Shown piece by piece: positions 9,578 through 19,972 of a DNA stretch of 64,000 nucleotides (position 1 is the first letter of the stretch; every line of letters starts with the position of its first letter). The stretch spans positions 1-64,000 of IMG/VR virus record IMGVR_UViG_3300034062_007046, one strand, 5' to 3'. Made by a program: the position numbers and the translations under genes. Source of the stretch: a virus. A model generated the notes under the pieces. That model saw nothing but the letters and a program-made list of their open reading frames with translations, made no database searches and was not told the DNA's origin.

Positions 9578-9879
9578 CAGTTAAAAAGTCTAAAGCACTT
9601 GATGAATACTTAGAAGAAGCGACCCAGAACATATCTAACGATAGGGCTGTCGCTTCTAAGCTTTTATTAGATCTTGTCAATGAAATGTCCCAAACAACTG
9701 ATAAATATAAGCATAAAGATTTTGGCGAAGTAGCAAGTAAATATTTAGAAACTTTGCAAAGATCAAATGAGCAATTAGTAAAAATAGCTTCAATAATACA
9801 AAAAAAAGAAGGAGCGCAAGAATCTCTATCTGGAAAGGAGAAAGACGAGATTTTTGACATGATAAAGGAGGAAAAGTAA
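9574..9879 (+). CDS. Helical hypothetical protein, possible small terminase-like
   Basis: GEVASKYLETLQRSNEQLVKI loosely resembles the helical core of T4-like gp16; weak. Confidence 0.35.
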   Translation: MTVKKSKALDEYLEEATQNISNDRAVASKLLLDLVNEMSQTTDKYKHKDFGEVASKYLETLQRSNEQLVKIASIIQKKEGAQESLSGKEKDEIFDMIKEEK

Positions 9880-9882
9880 AAA

Positions 9883-11106
9883 ATGTCTGATCGTTTAAAA
9901 CCTTCTCCTCTAAAAACATTTGAAGGCGGGCTAAATCCAATATCGGACCAAAAAATTGGTCCGATGATAGATACAAAAACTTCAACACCGCAAGGGATGT
10001 TGAAATGGATAGCCGAAAATAAAATATATAATACTGACCTTTTAGAGGGCGTATCCGAGTTTAAAGGTCAGGTATACCGAATAGTTGATCCAAAGTTATC
10101 AAATATAAAAGATAATGCTTATGGTACTAATTTTCTAAAAAAATTAAATGTAGAGCATTTAGTATGTAAGGTGCGAATACCAGAAATTCATACGCATTTA
10201 CCAGTTCCTTCTACTTTTGATGAATCTAAGCAAGATAAATCCATCATTGATTTATACCAAGACTTTATTTATGAGCCTAAATACGGTATGGTCTCACCAA
10301 TATCGGTAGGTGACATCGTAACTTGTACTTTTGGTAATTTAAAGACATTTTCAGACGGTAAAATTGTTGCAAAAGTCTCTTCCGCGTCAGATGGACAAGG
10401 AGCAGTAAAACCAGTAGGTGCCTCTGGTGCTAAACAAGATGTCAAAAAAGAATTTGAAAAAACTCAAAAATATAAAGATTTAATTGGTCAAGTCCCTGTA
10501 AACATTAACAAAGTATTTGATACGGATCTAATTTCTTTAGATGATTTTAAAGCTTTCTTCAAAAAAACTAAAAGAGCTGAGAACTACTATGAATCATTTA
10601 AAGCTTTATTTAAAAAATATGGAGTCGACACACCAGCAAAAGTTGCTTCTTTATTAGGACAAATATCAGTTGAAACTGGTAATTTAAAGTTCGTTAAAGA
10701 GCTTGCTTCCGTGTATAACAAGAAAGATCCGAAGGATCCGAATGAAGAGGTTGGTTCTTTATATGAAGGTAGAAAAACCCTTGGGAATACTCAAGTAGGC
10801 GATGGTCCAAAGTTTATAGGAAGAGGTTTAGTGCAATTAACTGGTCGAGCAAATTATGAATCTGCTGGAAAAAGTCTTGGAATAGATTTAACAAGTGATC
10901 CCGAGCTGGTATCTTCATCCCCATTATTGGCTGCTGAAACTGCATTTTTATTTTTTAAACAAAAAGGACTATTTGATGTAGCTGCACGAAATGATTTTAA
11001 TGAAGTGACAAAAAGAGTGAATGGAAAAAAAATGTTAGAAAAAGAAAAACGCTTAGAATATACTGTAAATAATTTAAAGATATTAGAAAAATATGTAAAA
11101 TCTTAG
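9883..11106 (+). CDS. Baseplate hub gp5-like protein: N-terminal OB-like domain plus GH19 (chitinase/lysozyme) domain
   Basis: CKVRIPEIH and P.VGDIV.C.F in the N-half; ETG..E, YEGRKTLGN..GDG.KF.GRG.VQLTGRANY and TKRVNG GH19 motifs in the C-half. Confidence 0.8.
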   Translation: MSDRLKPSPLKTFEGGLNPISDQKIGPMIDTKTSTPQGMLKWIAENKIYNTDLLEGVSEFKGQVYRIVDPKLSNIKDNAYGTNFLKKLNVEHLVCKVRIPEIHTHLPVPSTFDESKQDKSIIDLYQDFIYEPKYGMVSPISVGDIVTCTFGNLKTFSDGKIVAKVSSASDGQGAVKPVGASGAKQDVKKEFEKTQKYKDLIGQVPVNINKVFDTDLISLDDFKAFFKKTKRAENYYESFKALFKKYGVDTPAKVASLLGQISVETGNLKFVKELASVYNKKDPKDPNEEVGSLYEGRKTLGNTQVGDGPKFIGRGLVQLTGRANYESAGKSLGIDLTSDPELVSSSPLLAAETAFLFFKQKGLFDVAARNDFNEVTKRVNGKKMLEKEKRLEYTVNNLKILEKYVKS

Positions 11107-11113
11107 GATAACT

Positions 11114-12001
11114 ATGCTGGATATATTTAAAACCATATGGGAAAATGAAAATTCCGTAAACGCTGAACAAGGATTCCAAAATGGAGTGCTCTATGAGCCT
11201 GCCAATAATCCTATGTTTTTGCAATCAGGTGCAGAAAAAGTAATAAAAGGACAAAATAATACTTATATAGTATTAGGTAGAGATAGACCAGGCGGATTAG
11301 ACAGTGGATATGGATCAAAAGGTCACGAAAAAGCGGGTGCGATAGATATAGTAGTTGGTCGCTTATCTTCTGTAGATGCTACAACTTTAAATGGCTATGT
11401 TGACCCAAGTTTTGGCGCGGATGGGGCAAGAATATATTTAAGTCAAAAAACAGATGTCGATACAAATTTTGGCATAGCTGAAGGCAGAACTGGTAGCTCA
11501 ATAGCTTTATCTGCGGTAGCTTTAAAGGCGGATGATATTAGAGTAATAGCAAGAAATTCTTTAAAATTAGTTACTAATACAGACGCCTTCCTTTCTACTG
11601 GTGATAGAGCAGTCCTGTCCAGCGGCGTACAGCTAATAAATAATGCGGATGATAGCGAACTTCAACCGATACCAAAAGGAGATAATTTAGTAAAAGCAAT
11701 CAACGAGTTGTTAGAGCAAGTATTAGCCTTGAATGGCATAGTAGACCAATTCATGAAAGCACAAAAGATAATGAATGATGAGCTAACTAATCACACCCAC
11801 TATTCTCCTTTCTATGGGCTTATTAGCTCGCCATCCCCAGAGGCGTTACCAGCGGGGATTACAACTTCTTTAAAAATGCTTGCTAAGGTTGAGCAGCAGC
11901 TTAGTTTTCACGTTGTTAATCTTATGTCGTATAGAACAAAATATTTATTTGCCAGTTCAACAGACACATATATAAACAGCTCTTATCACTATTTAAATTA
12001 A
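11114..12001 (+). CDS. Baseplate spike / gp5 C-terminal-like protein
   Basis: Beta-rich N-half (G.NNTYIVLGRDR, ADDIRVIARN), P.PKGDNL and an HTH metal-binding-type motif (NHTH); position between hub and gp25. Confidence 0.55.
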   Translation: MLDIFKTIWENENSVNAEQGFQNGVLYEPANNPMFLQSGAEKVIKGQNNTYIVLGRDRPGGLDSGYGSKGHEKAGAIDIVVGRLSSVDATTLNGYVDPSFGADGARIYLSQKTDVDTNFGIAEGRTGSSIALSAVALKADDIRVIARNSLKLVTNTDAFLSTGDRAVLSSGVQLINNADDSELQPIPKGDNLVKAINELLEQVLALNGIVDQFMKAQKIMNDELTNHTHYSPFYGLISSPSPEALPAGITTSLKMLAKVEQQLSFHVVNLMSYRTKYLFASSTDTYINSSYHYLN

Positions 12002-12002
12002 C

Positions 12003-15000
12003 ATGAACCCTTTTGAAAAAATAAAAATTCCAAAACCACCTTCTATACCTTTTCACTTAATAAAAGAGCCTTCTTTCTTCGTTGAAGGAGAGGAGTATCC
12101 TTTATCTAACGTTGTGGTGACGAATAAAAAGCTAAGTATCAATACACCAGTAATAGTCTTAGAAGAGAGTGTAGGCTTTGAGGCGCGTTGGGCTAAAATA
12201 ATTATACAAAATAGTAGTGGAGCTTTTGAATTAAAAGGCTTTGTATTAAAAAAGGCGTTAGTCGCGGTAGCGGATGCAAAACCGTTTATACCTGCAAACA
12301 TTGAACCGTCAAATTTACCAAATTCGCAAGCGCCAGAAATTGATTGGAGACTGCAACCCTCTAATCGTTTTTTTTCTGACGACAAAAGAGGGCTTTATTG
12401 CGTAACCTACGACACTGGTGTAGAGAAGCTTGATAATAATTTAGAAGATGTAATGTTACAAGCTTTATATTCTTCCATAGAATTAATTCTAAAAGATACT
12501 GGAAAAAATTTTTCTCAAGAGTATGCAAAAAGCTTACAAGACAATTATTATCTTTTCGGACAAGCCGAAGCTGTTGATTTTTCATTTAGATTTTGTTCTA
12601 CTTTAAGAGTTTTAGTAACTGTTCCTAAAAAATATGTTGAATCCACGGTAGTACAAAAAAATACCGTTGAATCGATTCAAGATCCAGCAAAAGAATCTGC
12701 TACCGTTAAGAATGACGAAAATACTGTTGCACAATCACAACAAAAACAACCCAACCAGCCAGCAAAAAAAAGATATATAGATATAAAGTTTAATAATTAC
12801 GAAGAATATGACACTTTTTTTAAGCAAATATCACATATTGGAAAATTTAGTATACCAGCTGGTGTATTAAACCAAAAGGATGTAATTTTTAAATCAAGAG
12901 ACTGGATTATTGAGCCAAATGGCGTAAACATAAATTTTGCCAATGACGCGGCAGAAATAGTCGAAATGAGGGACTTGATTGACGTATTGATAATCCAGAA
13001 CACACCAGAAAATAAAAAAAATGAAATTTTTCCAGACCTTCCTTCAGTTAAAAAAGACTCAATATATGGTCTTAGTATAACTGCTGTTGAAAATAATTGG
13101 GAATTGCCAATTGAAATACCAAATTGGTCTGGTAAGCTTTTACTAAAAATAAACGCAGATGATTTAAAAATCTCGTACATCAGATTTGATACAAATAAAA
13201 ACGAACAAATTCCTTTAAACATTGGAGTTTTAAAATTTCTTGAAACTGATACAATAAAGTCTAAAAAAAATGTTAATTATGTTTTGCAAAGACTGTTGAG
13301 TAAAGCAAAATACGAATACGCTTCTATTTTAAAAAATCAAAGTAGTGAGCTTGCCAATGATGTGATTATAAAAAGATATGGTCCAGACTGCTTAGAGCTG
13401 ATTAATTTTAAACAAATTCTTCAAAGCGACATTGAAGCCATTAATGATGAATTTATAGAAGGAATCGATGATAAAGAAGAAAGCATCTCGGATGTATTAT
13501 TAATTGAAGATTTAGACTATGAAAGAAATATGTCTAATTTTATAAAAAAATATTACTATGCTTCTGCCGCAAAAGACGGAAAAGTGACTTCTGTGGAAGT
13601 TAGACCATTAGATGTCACCCAGTGTGTTAAAAATTCTTATGCTTTATTAAATAACTCTATAGCAAGAGGAGAAAATATATTAGAAACTGGCGATAAATTT
13701 TTAAATAAATTTGTAAGATTAAAAAAGAGAGATAGAGAAAAACAAATAGAAAGAGAAGGAAACGACCTACTAAAAGCAGTCTTTAATCCAAAAGGAATCA
13801 GAAGCAAAGCAATAAGAAGAATATTAGACATAGATAAGCCAAGCAAGAATTTAACTTCTTATGAAAAATTTAATTTTTATGTTCTGCCTGCAATTAAAGA
13901 AATAAACTTAAATGCATTATTGATAGAAACATTGAAATGTAGCAGCGCCAACCTGAGCCCAGATCAGTTTAGAGATTTATTAAATAAATATAATAAAGCA
14001 AAGAAAGCTATAGAAGCTGCCGCATTTGCTACAGTATGCAATCCATACCTTGTTGCTGGCATGAAAAAATTTAATTCTTTCCAGTTACCAACGTTTCCTA
14101 CAATAAATAATAATAAAAATTTAGCAGATGAGTTAACAAACTTAGCAATAAATATAATACAGCAGATATTAATAATAAGTATAAGGTTGACTTTAACTGG
14201 TTCAATAAATCAATGTGCTTCGGATAAAAATAAAGCTACCAACCCAGGGTCTGCCAATTCTCCTACAAATTTAGCAGATGCATTTGGTGATACGCCGAAC
14301 GACGATCCAGCTGTAAATGATACTATTGATGATATTTTTGGTATTGATCCAAATAATATTGGCGGATCAGATATTGAAAAATTACAAGCATTAGATGAAG
14401 CCCGAGCTCAAGCAAAAGAAAAATTAAAAAACTTGTTAGAAAATCTTATGTGTGTTCTAACAACTAAAGAAATATGCGACTTGCTTAGAGGCAAGACAGT
14501 AGAAGCCGATACTTATGAAATAATTAAATCAGTTATTAGAAATAAAAGCAAAGATCTTGCAGACGATTTCTCTACTAATGAAGACATTTCTGCACTTTTT
14601 ATAAAATTAGGCAATTCAATAAGTTTACAGATATGCGACGACATATTAGCTAATCCAAATAATTTACTACCAGCTAATCCGCTTTGCGATGATGGCTCTT
14701 TAGAAAATGCAAGAAGAAAGCTGTTAGAAGACAAAAATTTGCCTCCCGATGTGATTGACGCAATCATAGACGACATCAAAGGTAAAGAGGCTAAAAACGT
14801 AGAAGATATTCTTAAGTTTTTAGATTCTGACAATCCGTTTGACGCTACTAATATTCCAAGTGTTCTTTGCCAAAAGGGACCAAATGGAGAAACTATACCC
14901 CCAGTAATAGATGTTGGCGTGCCTCTGGATAGTTTCAAAAGTATGTTGGATATGCTTTTGAAAAATACATATTTAACGTTTAATCAGGAAGCTCTGGAGT

Positions 15001-17765
15001 GGAGTAAATCGACTTATTCCTATACGTCTTCTGCCCCATCTACATTAGAATTTGATGAACAAACTGGTAAAATTAAAGCAAAAAGCATTCAAGCAAACTC
15101 CTCTGGCGAGGAAAGTCAAAATTCAGAAAAGCGGCTGCTTCCAGCTTACCTATTTAATGAAATAATCCAATCGGAAAATTTGGTAGAATATTCAAATAAT
15201 GAATTAAAGTACTCATCTTACATTGACGGAAATAAACAACAAAAGCTTGATGCTAACGTTATAGATGACAATCTAAGAGCTGGGGTAGAAAGAGCAAATG
15301 ACGAATTAAAAAAATTCTTAGGAGAATTTATCTTTGTTCTTAGATCGTTCATAGCTTTTAAGGCAATAGACATAGTGAACGAATCAGTGCAAGATGGTCT
15401 TAAAAAAGCCTTCACTAATTGGGATAGATATCAAAAAATATTTACATTCTTAGGCTTAATGGACAATTTTTTAAGATTAACACCACAAGAATTAGACGTT
15501 AAAAACTCTGAGTCTATAAATAAATTAATAACCGAACTTGGCGGCGGTGTTAATGAAGGACGCGCTTTATATTTAGAAAATAGCGGTGCTTCCCTGTATA
15601 TAAAAATATGTGAGATCTTAGAGTCAAACAGAGGAGACTTCAGCTCATTAATAAATGAAATTAGCACGCAAACTGGACGTGGCGGTGTAGCTGTACAACA
15701 ACAGAATACTGACTTAGTGAATTTTTTAGGCAATAACCAAACATTAGATTTTTATTTTTCTCAATCTTTAAACCAAGTTTTAACAACTTACCGATCAATT
15801 AATAAAGTATACGATACTGTTTTTAGAACTTCTTTTAATTATCCAAGATATGAAGTTAATTTTATTGAGAATGTTAGAACAGAGGCTGTACCAAACAACG
15901 AAGAGGTGCATAGTATCTTTAAATTAGATATTAAAAGAAACTCGCCTTCATCTTCTTATTTAAATATCCAAGATTATGAAGACGCAGATAAAGAACTAAG
16001 TAACTATATTATAAGCACACTTAAATTTGATAATTCGCTTAATCCATCCAAGCAAGATGTTTTTAATAAATTTTTACAATATAATAATCCAACTCTCAAA
16101 AATGAAGTTTCATATGGAGATTTATCAAAAAGATATTTTAATAAATGCAGAGAGAATGTCAAACTTAGCCCTTTTTTGAGTTCAACGGTAGCGCAACAAG
16201 CTCAAGAGCAAACTGGTTCGGACGGCACAAAAAATAAATCACCAGAAGTTAGAAAAGCATATTCAGATTATATGAAGCTTGTTGTCGAACAAACAGACAT
16301 ACAAAAAGCATGTAATATTTTTCCACATTATTTAGATATTGATTCCATAAAAGAAAAAGCATTAGAGGCTAAAAAGCAGTCTTTTTGTGTAGACCAAATA
16401 ATAAATGAAAAAATCATAAATAACGAACCGATAAACTCAAAAGAGCTTGAAACATTAGAAACCAATGAAACTCAAAATATTCTTCTAAGATCTTTATACG
16501 TAACCACCATAAGAGTTTATGCCCACGACTTACTTTTAAGAGGGATCGGACCTTTCGGTTATTACGACCCCCAGATCCTTAGAGCTGACAATTTATTTAT
16601 TGATTATATGGCTTCTCAAATAGAGTCAGAAATGAGATCGCTCGATACAACTTTTTTCAACATGATGATGAACTTCTTAAGTTCAGAATATAAAAGAGCA
16701 AATCCAGAAGAAGATATCGACATATCATTTATGAGCGTAAAAAGACAAATTTTTAAAAGAATTATTAGACAAGAATTGAGAAAATCAATTCTTCCAAAAA
16801 TGTCAAAAAGAATAATGGAAGACACTAACCAAGCTATGGAAAAAGATCTTCCTACAGACCCAACCAGATTTAATTTAAAGTTCATAGGTACTGCAAAAGA
16901 ACTAAATGAACAATTTGGAAATTTTTTAATAGAAAAACAAGGGAGTGTGTATCTTAAAATTGACTCTACCACGTTAAGCCAGCCAAGAATTGATATCTTT
17001 AATAACAGAATTCCTGTAATACAAGCAACTCCACAAATTAGAGCATCGGAGTTTAAAGTTTATGAAGGTAGCTTAGAGTCGTTTAATGATTCTAAAGTTG
17101 AATTTAGATTATTATTTGAATACCTATTCCCATTAAAAAAATACATAACAACGCTGTTTATCACAAATTCATTATGTACCACTACAAGAAGGCAAGTTCT
17201 TGACATTTTTAGAGGCACAAAAAAAGGATTATTGCGAGTCACAAAACTTGTGCAAACCAACGGACAGCCCATAGTGCCTGATTTAAACAATCCACAAGAC
17301 GTTGCAAACAGTAATACTGATGACGATCTTTTGTGGTTTATTTTAAAATCATTGCTTTTGACCCCTATAAAAATAGCAAAAGGCTTTATAGAGTCAACTG
17401 ACGCGAACGTGGCAGCGATTTCTACTGTATACAAGGTTGCAAAACAATTTGAGCCAGATATCCCGTCCTATACAGTTCCAGCAGTTGGCGTTCCTTTAGC
17501 AATTGCTGGTTTATTTTCTCCTCCTTTGTTTCCTTTCGCTCTCAATCCTATGAATGGAGCATATTATGGTCTTGGATTATGGTACGAAGATAACAATTCT
17601 GATGAAAAAAATAAGTCTGATGCTCGCAAGAGAAAGTATTTAAATGATTTAATCGATAGTGCAGCCGAAGCAAAAACAATTTCTTGTGGAGATGAGAATA
17701 GAGAGAAGATAAGACAGGATCAGGATGATTTCTATAGATCGCCAAAACCAGCGCAGGAGGAATAA
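12003..17765 (+). CDS. Very large virion/baseplate-associated protein (1920 aa)
   Basis: Long ORF within the baseplate block; N-terminal SH3-like segment; hydrophobic segment near the C-terminus. Confidence 0.6.
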   Translation: MNPFEKIKIPKPPSIPFHLIKEPSFFVEGEEYPLSNVVVTNKKLSINTPVIVLEESVGFEARWAKIIIQNSSGAFELKGFVLKKALVAVADAKPFIPANIEPSNLPNSQAPEIDWRLQPSNRFFSDDKRGLYCVTYDTGVEKLDNNLEDVMLQALYSSIELILKDTGKNFSQEYAKSLQDNYYLFGQAEAVDFSFRFCSTLRVLVTVPKKYVESTVVQKNTVESIQDPAKESATVKNDENTVAQSQQKQPNQPAKKRYIDIKFNNYEEYDTFFKQISHIGKFSIPAGVLNQKDVIFKSRDWIIEPNGVNINFANDAAEIVEMRDLIDVLIIQNTPENKKNEIFPDLPSVKKDSIYGLSITAVENNWELPIEIPNWSGKLLLKINADDLKISYIRFDTNKNEQIPLNIGVLKFLETDTIKSKKNVNYVLQRLLSKAKYEYASILKNQSSELANDVIIKRYGPDCLELINFKQILQSDIEAINDEFIEGIDDKEESISDVLLIEDLDYERNMSNFIKKYYYASAAKDGKVTSVEVRPLDVTQCVKNSYALLNNSIARGENILETGDKFLNKFVRLKKRDREKQIEREGNDLLKAVFNPKGIRSKAIRRILDIDKPSKNLTSYEKFNFYVLPAIKEINLNALLIETLKCSSANLSPDQFRDLLNKYNKAKKAIEAAAFATVCNPYLVAGMKKFNSFQLPTFPTINNNKNLADELTNLAINIIQQILIISIRLTLTGSINQCASDKNKATNPGSANSPTNLADAFGDTPNDDPAVNDTIDDIFGIDPNNIGGSDIEKLQALDEARAQAKEKLKNLLENLMCVLTTKEICDLLRGKTVEADTYEIIKSVIRNKSKDLADDFSTNEDISALFIKLGNSISLQICDDILANPNNLLPANPLCDDGSLENARRKLLEDKNLPPDVIDAIIDDIKGKEAKNVEDILKFLDSDNPFDATNIPSVLCQKGPNGETIPPVIDVGVPLDSFKSMLDMLLKNTYLTFNQEALEWSKSTYSYTSSAPSTLEFDEQTGKIKAKSIQANSSGEESQNSEKRLLPAYLFNEIIQSENLVEYSNNELKYSSYIDGNKQQKLDANVIDDNLRAGVERANDELKKFLGEFIFVLRSFIAFKAIDIVNESVQDGLKKAFTNWDRYQKIFTFLGLMDNFLRLTPQELDVKNSESINKLITELGGGVNEGRALYLENSGASLYIKICEILESNRGDFSSLINEISTQTGRGGVAVQQQNTDLVNFLGNNQTLDFYFSQSLNQVLTTYRSINKVYDTVFRTSFNYPRYEVNFIENVRTEAVPNNEEVHSIFKLDIKRNSPSSSYLNIQDYEDADKELSNYIISTLKFDNSLNPSKQDVFNKFLQYNNPTLKNEVSYGDLSKRYFNKCRENVKLSPFLSSTVAQQAQEQTGSDGTKNKSPEVRKAYSDYMKLVVEQTDIQKACNIFPHYLDIDSIKEKALEAKKQSFCVDQIINEKIINNEPINSKELETLETNETQNILLRSLYVTTIRVYAHDLLLRGIGPFGYYDPQILRADNLFIDYMASQIESEMRSLDTTFFNMMMNFLSSEYKRANPEEDIDISFMSVKRQIFKRIIRQELRKSILPKMSKRIMEDTNQAMEKDLPTDPTRFNLKFIGTAKELNEQFGNFLIEKQGSVYLKIDSTTLSQPRIDIFNNRIPVIQATPQIRASEFKVYEGSLESFNDSKVEFRLLFEYLFPLKKYITTLFITNSLCTTTRRQVLDIFRGTKKGLLRVTKLVQTNGQPIVPDLNNPQDVANSNTDDDLLWFILKSLLLTPIKIAKGFIESTDANVAAISTVYKVAKQFEPDIPSYTVPAVGVPLAIAGLFSPPLFPFALNPMNGAYYGLGLWYEDNNSDEKNKSDARKRKYLNDLIDSAAEAKTISCGDENREKIRQDQDDFYRSPKPAQEE

Positions 17766-17767
17766 AA

Positions 17768-18148
17768 ATGGAAGGTTTTTCGCCAGTATTACCACTAAAA
17801 GTAGATTCAATAGATGGTCCATATGCCATGAATAAAACGGCGTTAGATTCATTGAAACAGGACTTAAAGATGTTATTTTTGACAAATCCTGGCGAACGAA
17901 TGATGGATCCAAATTATGGTATAGGGCTTAGAAGATTTTTATTTTCACAAAATACTCCATCTTTAGCTAACGATATTATTAATAGAACGCAAGATCAAGT
18001 TAGAAAATATATGAATTTTGTTATTATAGAAGATATTAGCGTAATCACTCCTCAAGAAAATGAGAACATGTTTTTAGTAAACGTCGTTTTTAACGTGCCA
18101 TATTTAAACATAAAAGATCAATTAAATCTCTCTCTTGAATCTAATTAA
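17768..18148 (+). CDS. Baseplate wedge subunit, gp25/GPW-like
   Basis: LKMLFLTNPGERMMDPNYGIGLRRFLF signature. Confidence 0.9.
   Translation: MEGFSPVLPLKVDSIDGPYAMNKTALDSLKQDLKMLFLTNPGERMMDPNYGIGLRRFLFSQNTPSLANDIINRTQDQVRKYMNFVIIEDISVITPQENENMFLVNVVFNVPYLNIKDQLNLSLESN
18141..18147 (+). promoter_or_regulatory. Candidate late promoter core CTAATTA
   Basis: Motif core about 22 nt upstream of the gp6-like start; overlaps the previous stop. Confidence 0.35.
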
Positions 18149-18169
18149 AGTTTAGTAGAGGAAATTTAG

Positions 18170-19972
18170 ATGGCTAAAAAAATTGTACCAATAAAGTACA
18201 CAAGCAGAGATTTTGATTCAATAAAAAGAGATTTAGTAGAACACGCTAAAAGGTATTATCCAAACTCTTATAAAGATTTTAATGAAGGCAGTTTTGGTTC
18301 ATTAATGCTTGATACTGTCTCGTATGTGGGAGATGTACTATCATTTTATCTCGACTATCAAGCTAATGAATCTTTTCTTGAAACAGCCTCGGAATTCAAC
18401 AATGTCCTTAAAATAGCTAAACAACTTGGCTATAAATACACCAATGGGTCTACTTCTACTGGGGTTGTCGCCTTTTATATAGCGGTTCCTTCAAATTCAT
18501 CTGGTTTGGCTCCAAATTTAGAATATGCTCCCATCTTAAAAAAGGGAAGCACTTTTTCTACAAAAAATGGTGTAAAATTTATATTGAATGAAGATGTCAG
18601 ATTTGATAACACTTCAAATGAAATAAGACCATTGACGATAGGAGTGGACGGTAAGCCTTTAACATATGGTATAAAAGCGTATGGAACCGTAGTTTCTGGC
18701 ATCATCCGTTCTGAGCGTATAACTGTCGGAGAATATAAAAAGTTTTTAAAAATTAGATTGTCTGAGTCTAATATAACAGAAATTATATCTGTCTTCGATG
18801 AAGAAGGAAATCAATATTATGAAGTAGATTTCTTATCGCAAAATGTTATTTATAGATCTGTTACAAATAAAGACCCTAACTCTGCTACATTAGCAAAAGA
18901 AATTTTAAAACCATTTATAGTGCCAAGAAGATTTACTTTTGAAAGTGAAATCGGCGCTTCATATATTCAATTCGGAGCAAGCTCCGACGTGACAGTACCA
19001 GATAATTTGAGTATGATTACAGACCCTGCAAACGCAATTTTGCAGTTACATGGCAAAGAATATATTTCAAGCGATACTTTTGATCCGACAAGATTAACAA
19101 ACAGCGATAAACTTGGTATTAGCCCTTCAAATACAGTTTTGACGGTGACTTATCGCTATGCACAGACAAATGCTGGTGCTAACTTTGCAATCGATTCTCT
19201 AAACGAAGTTATAACTCCACAGTTTGCTTTTAACGATGAACAAAATTTATTACAAACAACGATTGCCTCTGTGATTTCTTCTCTTGAAGTAACTAACGAA
19301 ACACCAATTGTTGGAGAAGCTAATACTTTTGATTCTAAAGAGCTGAAGATAAGAATTCAAAATTCGTTTTCAACACAAAATAGAGCGGTTACAGCAGAAG
19401 ATTATAAATCCTTATGCTATACAATGCCAAAGAAATTTGGCTCTATTAAAAGAATTAATACAGTTAGAGACGATGATTCCTTAAAAAGAAATTTAAATAT
19501 TTATGTTTTATGCGAAGATTCTAATAGTTTTTTAACCGAAGCAAATCAAATAGTAAAAACAAATTTAAAAACCTGGCTTTCAAGAAATAAAATGTTAAAT
19601 GACTCTATAGATATTCTTGACGGAAAAGTGGTAAATTACGGAATAGAATTTGTTGCGGTAGGATCAAATAATAGACCTAAATATGACATCCTGACTGATG
19701 CAATTTCACAGTTAAAAATTGATTTTTCTACTTTACCTGATTTTGGAGAAACTTTTTTTATAACAAATGTCTTAAGCAGCCTTAAAAAAGTTGATGGCTT
19801 ATTAGATGTGATTAGCGTAAAAATAGTTCCAAAAAATGGTGGTGTATATTCTGATAGCATATTTAGCTTTGAAGACAATACTTCGGCAGACAAAAGGTAT
19901 ATAAACATTCCATTAAATGTTGTAATGGAATTAAGATTCCCCAACTCAGATATTAAAGGTACAATAATCTAA
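18170..19972 (+). CDS. Baseplate wedge subunit, T4 gp6-like
   Basis: YTSRDFDSIK..L, DF.E.S.G..LD..SYVGD.LSFY.D and QNRAVT.EDY motifs. Confidence 0.88.
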   Translation: MAKKIVPIKYTSRDFDSIKRDLVEHAKRYYPNSYKDFNEGSFGSLMLDTVSYVGDVLSFYLDYQANESFLETASEFNNVLKIAKQLGYKYTNGSTSTGVVAFYIAVPSNSSGLAPNLEYAPILKKGSTFSTKNGVKFILNEDVRFDNTSNEIRPLTIGVDGKPLTYGIKAYGTVVSGIIRSERITVGEYKKFLKIRLSESNITEIISVFDEEGNQYYEVDFLSQNVIYRSVTNKDPNSATLAKEILKPFIVPRRFTFESEIGASYIQFGASSDVTVPDNLSMITDPANAILQLHGKEYISSDTFDPTRLTNSDKLGISPSNTVLTVTYRYAQTNAGANFAIDSLNEVITPQFAFNDEQNLLQTTIASVISSLEVTNETPIVGEANTFDSKELKIRIQNSFSTQNRAVTAEDYKSLCYTMPKKFGSIKRINTVRDDDSLKRNLNIYVLCEDSNSFLTEANQIVKTNLKTWLSRNKMLNDSIDILDGKVVNYGIEFVAVGSNNRPKYDILTDAISQLKIDFSTLPDFGETFFITNVLSSLKKVDGLLDVISVKIVPKNGGVYSDSIFSFEDNTSADKRYINIPLNVVMELRFPNSDIKGTII

